A stretch of DNA of 32,000 nucleotides from contig NC_007614.1 of assembly GCF_000196355.1 (NCBI RefSeq), positions 1,470,001-1,502,000 of the forward strand, written 5' to 3'. Positions 25,523 through 32,000 of the stretch are shown here, in pieces. Position numbers and translations under genes: made by a program. Every line of letters begins with the position of its first letter. Within the stretch, counting starts at the first letter, position 1. The DNA comes from Nitrosospira multiformis ATCC 25196. GTDB lineage: Bacteria > Pseudomonadota > Gammaproteobacteria > Burkholderiales > Nitrosomonadaceae. The notes beneath the pieces are model-generated. The model did not search any database, had not been told where the DNA came from, and saw nothing but the letters and a program-made list of their open reading frames with translations.

Positions 25523-25791
25523 TATTTATCCTTGTGTTGCTTCGGTTTTATCGTCTGGCGAACAGAATTTAAATTAAACCTTTCTTCATTCAGCCATATT
25601 ATAGCTATGGATAGGGTGGCAGGTATGATTGTCGAATCAATTTCAAGTGTTTGACATAACCCTCCGCAAACGGTAATGGGTTGTGGAGTTTTAGTCTGCC
25701 AGTGCAGGAGGATTGCCAGGCGATCATGAGGAAATAGGGGTTTTTCGATCAGGATTTTTTTGCAGAATTATTAAAAATTTGGTTTTGACGC

Positions 25792-25818
25792 TAAAGTTTC
25801 ACAGAAAGTTGACGTTGA
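25792..25818 (+). promoter_or_regulatory. Sigma28 (FliA)-like promoter motif upstream of flhD
   Basis: TAAAGTTT-N11-GACGTTGA versus consensus TAAAGTTT-N11-GCCGATAA: the -35 is perfect and the -10 is 5/8. It overlaps the 10-bp palindrome GTTGATCAAC (25814-25823). A direct repeat of TTGACG lies at about 25785 and 25809. Confidence 0.25.
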
Positions 25819-26040
25819 TCAACCAGAACCGGCATACCCTGCTATCGGTATCGCATTCCCCGCATCGTTCGAGCAGGTTAGGCAGCCTCGCTGGATATCT
25901 CTCGAGGGGGTGGATTCTGTTGTAGGAAAATTTCTTACACAGAAATGCTGTCATTTTCTACACTCAAATCGGACAACCTCCGGTTTTTTCTCCCCTTCCA
26001 AACCTTCACAATGCAGTCATTCACTGTGATGGAGGTAAAA

Positions 26041-26358
26041 ATGCAAATCAACGAACTGACAGCGGAAATCAAGGACTTTAATCTGACTTATCTCATGCTG
26101 GCCCAGCAGATGGTAATCGCCGACAAGGACATGGCGATTTTCAGGCTGGGGATAAGCAAGGACATCGCCGATATCCTGGAAGTGCTGACTCCAGGACAAA
26201 TACTCAAGCTGGCGAACTCCAACATGATGTTGTGCCGGATACGTTTCGACGACAATTTGGTCTTCGGCATGCTTGCCAACTACACCAAAGACAAATTGAT
26301 GGCGCAATCCCATACGGCGATCCTGCTTGCAGGACAGCCGGCGGAAGAAATTTCATAA
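26041..26358 (+). CDS. flhD: Flagellar master regulator FlhD
   Basis: GGAGG lies 7 nt before the ATG at 26041. MQINELTAEIKDFNLTYLMLAQQMV...AIFRLGISKDIADIL...LKLANSNMMLCRIRFDD is collinear with E. coli FlhD. The 32 upstream codons in the ORF track are not homologous. Confidence 0.93.
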   Translation: MQINELTAEIKDFNLTYLMLAQQMVIADKDMAIFRLGISKDIADILEVLTPGQILKLANSNMMLCRIRFDDNLVFGMLANYTKDKLMAQSHTAILLAGQPAEEIS

Positions 26359-26441
26359 AGTATTTCCTGAAATGTTTGCCGAGAATTTCCTGGGGGAAGC
26401 GAACGCCCGGGTTTGAGGAAAAGGAGAAAGGGGAATCAGCT

Positions 26442-26987
26442 ATGCGCAAGAAAAGCATTGTGTCGGAAGCCAACGAGATAAAGACAGCGATCGAGTTGAT
26501 TCGCCTGGGTGCGCGTCTTCAGTTACTGGAGTCTGAAACCACCCTGAGCCGCGAGCGGCTGATCAAACTATATAAGGAACTGAAAGGCGTTTCTCCGCCC
26601 AAGGGAATGCTGCCGTTTTCCACCGATTGGTTTCTTACGTGGCAGCCCAATATACATTCCTCCGTATTTGCTGACATTTATCGCTATCTGATTGCTCATG
26701 GCGATTGCCGGGGAATCAGCGCAATCATCAAGAGCTATAAGCTTTATCTGGAGCATTGCCAAGTCTGCGAGATGGAGCCGATACTCAGCCTGACCCGGGC
26801 ATGGACGCTGGTGCGCTTCTTTGAAAGCAAACTGATGCAGACAACTGCATGCAATCAATGCGGCGGCCATTTCGTAGTGCACGCCAACGATCTCCATCAC
26901 CGCTATGTTTGCGGGCTGTGCCACATGCCTTCCCGAGCCGGCAAAACCAACAAGGCGCGGACAGCGATGGTGGCAGAGGCAGCTTAA
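26442..26987 (+). CDS. flhC: Flagellar master regulator FlhC
   Basis: MRKKSIVSEANEIKTAIELIRLGARLQLLESETTLSRERLIKLYKELKG..PPKGMLPFSTDWF is near-identical in pattern to E. coli FlhC. The zinc Cys set is CNQCGG...CGLC. Confidence 0.95.
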   Translation: MRKKSIVSEANEIKTAIELIRLGARLQLLESETTLSRERLIKLYKELKGVSPPKGMLPFSTDWFLTWQPNIHSSVFADIYRYLIAHGDCRGISAIIKSYKLYLEHCQVCEMEPILSLTRAWTLVRFFESKLMQTTACNQCGGHFVVHANDLHHRYVCGLCHMPSRAGKTNKARTAMVAEAA

Positions 26988-27079
26988 GCCGTAGCACCCA
27001 GTACTCTCGCACTCGCGCAGATCCTTTTTCCGCGCGGAGGACATTGTTCTCCGCCAGCGTCCAATTTCTTTCTCTCCTG

Positions 27080-27115
27080 AGCCGGAATTCTTTCCGGCTG
27101 CTTTTGGCTTTTTTC
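27080..27115 (+). terminator. Intrinsic terminator after flhC
   Basis: AGCCGGAA-TTCT-TTCCGGCT followed by GCTTTTGGCTTTTTT. Confidence 0.7.
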
Positions 27116-27157
27116 CACCTACTTTCCGGGAAGCAATCGACACACGTGTCGATGGAC

Positions 27158-27184
27158 TAAAGTCCGGCGGGTTTGACCCGTTAT
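27158..27184 (+). promoter_or_regulatory. Sigma28 (FliA)-like promoter motif upstream of motA
   Basis: TAAAGTCC-N11-CCCGTTAT, with correct spacing and a -10 of 5/8. It is preceded by the inverted repeat ATCGACAC-AC-GTGTCGAT (27136-27153). Confidence 0.3.
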
Positions 27185-27350
27185 AGAGAACACATCCAGG
27201 ATTTTGCTGCGGTACCGCAGTTTTGCCGTAGAAGAGCCGTGATGAGGCGGAGCGGCAATATTGCTTGAACCAAGCTCTGGATTACCGGCGTGCTTCTAAA
27301 ATTATCTATTCCAGCAGTGCAATAGTCGATACAGGAAATATCAGAAAAAG

Positions 27351-28211
27351 ATGTTGGTCATTATTGGATCTCTCATTGTGCTGGGATCGGTGTTCGGTGG
27401 TTTTGCTTTGACTGGCGGACACCTGGCTGCGCTGTTTCAACCAGTGGAGCTTCTCATGATCGGGGGTGCGGCAATGGGCGCATTTACCCTGGGCAATACG
27501 AAAAAAGCCCTCAAAGCCACCCTCAAGTCACTTCCCAAGGTTGTGCAGCCTCCCCGGTACACCAAAGCCTTGTATATGGACCTGATGGCGCTGCTCTATG
27601 ATCTTCTGGTCAAGGTTCGCAAGGAAGGATTGATGTCGATCGAGCCTGATGTCGACGATCCCAATGAAAGCGCGATTTTTGCCAATTATCCCGATATTCT
27701 TGCCGAGCCAGTTGCGCTCGAGTTCTTGACCGACTACCTTCGTCTCATGGTGGCAGGCAATCTCAACGCGTTCGAACTGGAAAACCTGATGGATAACGAA
27801 ATAGAGACTCATCACCAGGAAGGCGAAATCCCCGTGCATTGCATAAGCCGGTTGGCAGACAGCATGCCGGCATTCGGCATTGTTGCAGCGGTAATGGGAG
27901 TGATACATACCATGGCATCTGTAGGCCTACCGCCTTCGGAACTGGGTGTGCTTGTCGCTCAAGCGCTCGTGGGAACTTTCCTCGGTATTCTTCTCGGGTA
28001 CGGATTCGTCGGGCCCGTTGCCTCGATACTGGAACAGAGGCTCAATGAATCGACGAAGATACTGCAATGCATCCGGGTCACCTTGCTGGCAAGCATCAAT
28101 GGCTATACTCCTGCACTGGCAGTCGAATTTGGACGAAAAGTGCTCTACTCGACGGAGCGGCCCAGTTTCGCTGAACTGGAAAGCCACGTCAGACGGGCAA
28201 AAGACAAATAA
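27351..28211 (+). CDS. motA: Flagellar motor stator protein MotA
   Basis: 286 aa, collinear with E. coli MotA: GGHLAALFQPVELLMIGGAA..., YTKALYMDLMALLYDL, PAFGIVAAVMGV, AVEFGRKVLYSTERPSF. Confidence 0.96.
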   Translation: MLVIIGSLIVLGSVFGGFALTGGHLAALFQPVELLMIGGAAMGAFTLGNTKKALKATLKSLPKVVQPPRYTKALYMDLMALLYDLLVKVRKEGLMSIEPDVDDPNESAIFANYPDILAEPVALEFLTDYLRLMVAGNLNAFELENLMDNEIETHHQEGEIPVHCISRLADSMPAFGIVAAVMGVIHTMASVGLPPSELGVLVAQALVGTFLGILLGYGFVGPVASILEQRLNESTKILQCIRVTLLASINGYTPALAVEFGRKVLYSTERPSFAELESHVRRAKDK

Positions 28212-28232
28212 GAAAGGGGAAAGAGGTCAGCC

Positions 28233-29159
28233 GTGGCCCAGACGCAGCATCGTATCGTCATAAAGAAAGTAAGGAGACAAAGCCAGGGGCACGGAGGCCA
28301 GTGGAAGATTGCCTATGCAGATTTTGTAACTGCGATGATGGCGTTCTTTCTGCTTATGTGGCTGCTCGGTTCCGCCACGCGGGCTCAATTGCAAGGTATT
28401 TCCGACTACTTTATGAAACCGCTGGAATCGGTACCGGAAAGAGATATCGGCAGCGGTGACCGGACAAGTTTGATTCAGGGAGGCGGAAAAGATCTGATGC
28501 GTCGGGACGGGCAGGTGCAAAAGACGGATGTGGACAGCTCTGAAAAACCGCTCAGTCTCAGGGCAGCGCAACTTGAGCTGGAGCGGCGCGATGCGCGTCG
28601 ACTGGAGGACTTGAAGCGCCGCCTGGAGCGTTTGATCGAATCCAATCCGACCATGCATGAATTCAGGAAGCAGTTACTGCTGGATATTACGACGGAAGGC
28701 CTGCGCATTCAGATCATCGATGATAAAAATCGGCCGATGTTTGCGCTTGCCAGGGCTGAACTGGAGCCGCACACCCGCGAAATTCTGCAAAAACTTGGCA
28801 GTGTGCTGAACGAAATGCCCAACAAACTAAGCCTTTCCGGTCACACGGATTCAACTCCCTACGCGAGTGGCGAGAAAAATTACAGTAACTGGGAGCTATC
28901 TGCCGATCGCGCGAATGCTTCCCGGCGGGAGCTCATCCTCGGCGGGATGAATGAGCAAAAGATCATGCGCGTAGTGGGCTTGAGTTCCGCTGTCCTGTTC
29001 GACAGGAATGATCCGACGAATCCCGTCAACCGGCGTATCAGCATCATTGTGATGAGCAACAGGGCGGCCGAAGCAATAAGCAAGGAAGGCGTGGAAACAA
29101 CGGAAGTCAAAACGAATGGCACGGTCAATCCCGAAACCTTGCGCAGCAGGGCCGGCTGA
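28233..29159 (+). CDS. motB: Flagellar motor stator protein MotB (OmpA-like C-terminus)
   Basis: GTG start with an AGAGG RBS. WKIAYADFVTAMMAFFLLMWLL contains the conserved Asp. The OmpA-type peptidoglycan-binding part is GHTDSTPY...NWELSADRANASRR...NRRISIIV. Confidence 0.95.
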   Translation: MAQTQHRIVIKKVRRQSQGHGGQWKIAYADFVTAMMAFFLLMWLLGSATRAQLQGISDYFMKPLESVPERDIGSGDRTSLIQGGGKDLMRRDGQVQKTDVDSSEKPLSLRAAQLELERRDARRLEDLKRRLERLIESNPTMHEFRKQLLLDITTEGLRIQIIDDKNRPMFALARAELEPHTREILQKLGSVLNEMPNKLSLSGHTDSTPYASGEKNYSNWELSADRANASRRELILGGMNEQKIMRVVGLSSAVLFDRNDPTNPVNRRISIIVMSNRAAEAISKEGVETTEVKTNGTVNPETLRSRAG

Positions 29160-29442
29160 GAAACTGTTGTCATTCTTCCGGAAATCTGGCAACAGTTTTC
29201 TTCGGCGCAAAACACTCCACTTCCTCTACTGATCCTGCCCCAATGCGAAAATCCCATTCCGTACTGTGTAAAGTAAATCCCCTGTGTTGATCCCCTCCGC
29301 GATGCCGTGAGAATTATGGGGAAAATTGCGTTCTTTTTCCCCGATAGCACACTCCCACACTGCCCAATAATGTCGCATGTCATCCACGTGCAGTAATTCC
29401 GCGTGGAGTTATCAGTCATTCGGGTTGTGACAGGAATCTGCA

Positions 29443-30621
29443 GTGAGCGAAGAGAGCGATCAGGAAAGAACGGAACCGGCGTCCCCCCGGCGTCTGGAAA
29501 AGTCTCGTGAAGAAGGGCAGGCGCCGCGCTCCACGGAACTGTCGACCTTTGCCCTTCTTATTGCAGCTGGGACTGGTCTTTGGCTCATGGGCGGACACCT
29601 GAGCAGCCAGCTTGCCCGATTGATGAAGGAGGGAATGCATATCCCGCGTGAGACCGGATTTGAGCCGGCACGCCTGGCCGAGCGCCTGTTCGACCAATCC
29701 TTCCATGCGCTGATTACCTTCGCTCCCTTCCTGATACTGATGATCCTGGTCGCCCTGGTTGCGCCCATGCTGCTTTCCGGATGGCTTTTCAGCTGGAAGT
29801 CGCTCAATCCCGATTTCAAACGGATAAATCCACTGAGCGGCCTGAGCCGCATGTTTTCACTGCACAGCCTGCTCGAACTGGCAAAAGCGCTCCTCAAGGC
29901 CGCGCTGATCGGTGGAGCAGGGGTATGGACGATCTGGCATTACAAGGAGTCCGTCCTGTCGCTCATCGCCCGGCCACTCGTCCCGGGTTTGACTCATATG
30001 GGCGAGCTGGTTGCCCTGAGTTTTTTTTCCATTGCGGGCACCATGATACTGATTGCCACGGTGGATGTGCCGTTCAAGTTGTGGGATCACTACCGCAAGC
30101 TCCGGATGACCAAGGAAGAAGTCCGTCAGGAAAACAAGGAAACGGAGGGTAATCCGCAAATCAAGGGGCGTATCCGCGCGCAACAGCGCGAAATGGCAAG
30201 AAAGCGCATGATGACCGAGATTCCCAGGGCGGATGTGATTATTACAAACCCTACCCATTACTCCGTCGCGCTCAGATATGAAGATGGCAAGATGCGTGCG
30301 CCTCGCGTCGTCGCCAAGGGTATGCATCTATTGGCCTTGAAAATCCGCGAGATAGGGCATCAGCACAAAGTACCTGTGCTGGAAGCGCCACCGTTGGCTC
30401 GTGCTCTCTATCAACATACTGAGCTGGGAGATGAAATTCCCCAGACACTCTATAACGTCGTAGCCGAGGTGCTCGCTTACGTCTATCAATTGCGCCGCCA
30501 CCAGCAATATGGCCCCTCTGGCGGCAAGGCTCCCGTTTTGCCGGAACTTGACGTGCCGGTTGAGCTGGATCCGGAAAACAAAGCGTTCAAGGAAGCGGGA
30601 AAAACTGGAAAACCTGAATAA
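29443..30621 (+). CDS. flhB: Flagellar export apparatus protein FlhB
   Basis: MSEESDQERTEPASPRRLEKSREEGQAPRS..., four TM segments, and the autocleavage site NPTH in VIITNPTHYSVAL. Confidence 0.96.
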   Translation: MSEESDQERTEPASPRRLEKSREEGQAPRSTELSTFALLIAAGTGLWLMGGHLSSQLARLMKEGMHIPRETGFEPARLAERLFDQSFHALITFAPFLILMILVALVAPMLLSGWLFSWKSLNPDFKRINPLSGLSRMFSLHSLLELAKALLKAALIGGAGVWTIWHYKESVLSLIARPLVPGLTHMGELVALSFFSIAGTMILIATVDVPFKLWDHYRKLRMTKEEVRQENKETEGNPQIKGRIRAQQREMARKRMMTEIPRADVIITNPTHYSVALRYEDGKMRAPRVVAKGMHLLALKIREIGHQHKVPVLEAPPLARALYQHTELGDEIPQTLYNVVAEVLAYVYQLRRHQQYGPSGGKAPVLPELDVPVELDPENKAFKEAGKTGKPE

Positions 30622-30623
30622 CG

Positions 30624-32000
30624 ATGACTGCGATGACAAAACTAACTTACCTGTTTAGCGGTGCGAGGGCGCGCAGCCTTGCAGGTCCGCTGCTGATATT
30701 CATGATCCTCGGCATGATGGTACTGCCACTGCCCGCGTTTTTACTGGACATGATGTTCACTTTCAACATCGCGCTCTCCATCATGGTGCTGCTGGTTAGC
30801 ATCCATACGCACAAGCCGCTGGATTTTGCCGTGTTTCCCACAGTGCTGCTCCTTTCAACGCTGCTGCGATTGTCGCTCAACGTGGCATCTACCCGCGTGG
30901 TGCTGATGCAAGGCCATACCGGGCCGGATGCGGCAGGAAAAGTCATCGAGGCATTCGGTCATTACCTCGTCGGCGGGAATTATACGGTCGGCATAGTTGT
31001 GTTCGTTATTCTGGTGGTGATCAACTTTATCGTCATTACCAAGGGTGCCGGTCGCATTGCGGAAGTTTCCGCGCGCTTTACGCTGGATGCCATGCCGGGC
31101 AAGCAGATGGCGATCGATGCGGATCTCAACGCCGGCCTCATCGGTGAGGAGGAGGCGGGCAGGCGGCGCGTCTCCATTGCCCAGGAGGCGGAATTTTACG
31201 GCTCCATGGATGGCGCGAGCAAATTTGTAAGGGGAGATGCGATAGCGGGAATTCTCATCCTCTTTATTAATGTCGTTGGCGGATTGGTAGTCGGCGTTCT
31301 GCAGCATGACCTCGATCTTGCTACCGCCGCCAGAAATTACACCCTGCTTGCCATCGGTGACGGACTGGTGGCCCAGATTCCGGCGCTCATTATCTCTACC
31401 GCCGCCGGCCTGGTAGTAAGCCGCGTCGGTACGGATGAGGATATCAGCACTCAACTGGCAGGCCAGCTTTTCTCAAAGCCCCAGGTATTGGCTTTGACTG
31501 CCGCTATCATCGGTCTCATGGGCCTGATACCCGGTATGCCTCATATTGCCTTTCTGCTGCTGGCCGCATTGTGCGGCGGGGGCGCCTATCTGATGGAACA
31601 GCGCCGCAAGCGGCTTGTGTCGCAGGCGCCGACAGCTCCCGTTATCCAAGCGGAGGCGCAGGACGCCAGTTGGGATGATGTCATGCCCGTGGACATACTG
31701 GGACTAGAGGTGGGCTATCGCCTGATTTCGCTCGTGGACAAGACCCAGGACGGGGAGCTTCTCGGGCGGATCAAAGGCGTGCGCAAGAAATTCGCCCAGG
31801 AGGTCGGGTATCTTCCGCCGACTGTTCATATCCGTGACAATCTGGAACTGCGCCCTAACGGGTACCGGATAACGCTCAAGGGCGTCAATATTGGAACCGG
31901 TGAAGTCAATGTGGGGCAGTATCTCGCCATCAATCCGGGCATCGTATCCGGCAATGTGCCTGGTCTTGCCACCACCGATCCCGCTTTCGGGCTGCCCGCT
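30624..32000 (+). CDS. flhA: Flagellar export apparatus protein FlhA (N-terminal 459 codons; 3' end outside window)
   Basis: This ORF is absent from the ORF track because it runs off the window. The ATG is 2 nt after the flhB stop. Translation: ...FNIALSIMVLLVSIHTHKPLDFAVFPTVLLLSTLLRLSLNVASTRVVL...GKVIEAFGHYLVGGNYTVG...ITKGAGRIAEVSARFTLDAMPGKQMAIDADL, which is the FHIPEP family signature. Confidence 0.95.
   Translation, partial: MTAMTKLTYLFSGARARSLAGPLLIFMILGMMVLPLPAFLLDMMFTFNIALSIMVLLVSIHTHKPLDFAVFPTVLLLSTLLRLSLNVASTRVVLMQGHTGPDAAGKVIEAFGHYLVGGNYTVGIVVFVILVVINFIVITKGAGRIAEVSARFTLDAMPGKQMAIDADLNAGLIGEEEAGRRRVSIAQEAEFYGSMDGASKFVRGDAIAGILILFINVVGGLVVGVLQHDLDLATAARNYTLLAIGDGLVAQIPALIISTAAGLVVSRVGTDEDISTQLAGQLFSKPQVLALTAAIIGLMGLIPGMPHIAFLLLAALCGGGAYLMEQRRKRLVSQAPTAPVIQAEAQDASWDDVMPVDILGLEVGYRLISLVDKTQDGELLGRIKGVRKKFAQEVGYLPPTVHIRDNLELRPNGYRITLKGVNIGTGEVNVGQYLAINPGIVSGNVPGLATTDPAFGLPA

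Noticed and set aside
25945-26441. Upstream extensions of flhD (track start 25945) and flhC (track start 26232, overlapping flhD)
   Set aside because: Homology to FlhD and FlhC begins at the internal ATGs 26041 and 26442. The ATG at 26041 is preceded by GGAGG. The extensions have no homology.

Overview
This looks like a chromosomal segment from a flagellated, FlhDC-type (beta/gamma-like) proteobacterium. Order of content: (1) The 3' end of a large secreted protein, a frameshifted atypical LuxR-type regulator and a complete type I secretion system (PrtD-type ABC, HlyD-type MFP, TolC-type OMP), 1-6.3 kb. (2) A KGG-repeat stress protein. (3) A minus-strand run of a 4HB/HAMP/PAS histidine kinase, an Rcp1-like single receiver, a hybrid REC-PAS-kinase, a UdgX-type uracil-DNA protein, a cupin and a DUF72 protein, 7.1-13.3 kb. 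(4) A CHRD protein with a PEP-CTERM anchor, a CspA-family gene with a structured leader, a Tat-signal YghA-like SDR, and a short CXXCH protein. (5) A 1.9-kb ORF-poor gap holding two related sRNA-like modules with terminators. (6) tRNA-Leu(UAA), followed by an accessory island, about 19.0-25.5 kb. The island holds three apparently intact IS elements (IS3-type, IS5/IS427-type, IS3/IS407-type), an IS2-like remnant, and AT-richer orphan cargo: a Cys-rich secreted peptide, a decayed SNase nuclease, a membrane-anchored HIRAN protein and a small lipoprotein. (7) Flagellar genes flhDC-motAB-flhB-flhA (flhA runs off the window). No CRISPR array or rRNA was seen. All calls rest on reading the translations and sequence by eye, with no database search. 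The most unusual items are the sibling sRNA-like modules, the island cargo, UdgX and its partners, and the 15-bp tandem repeat at the kinase N-terminus.
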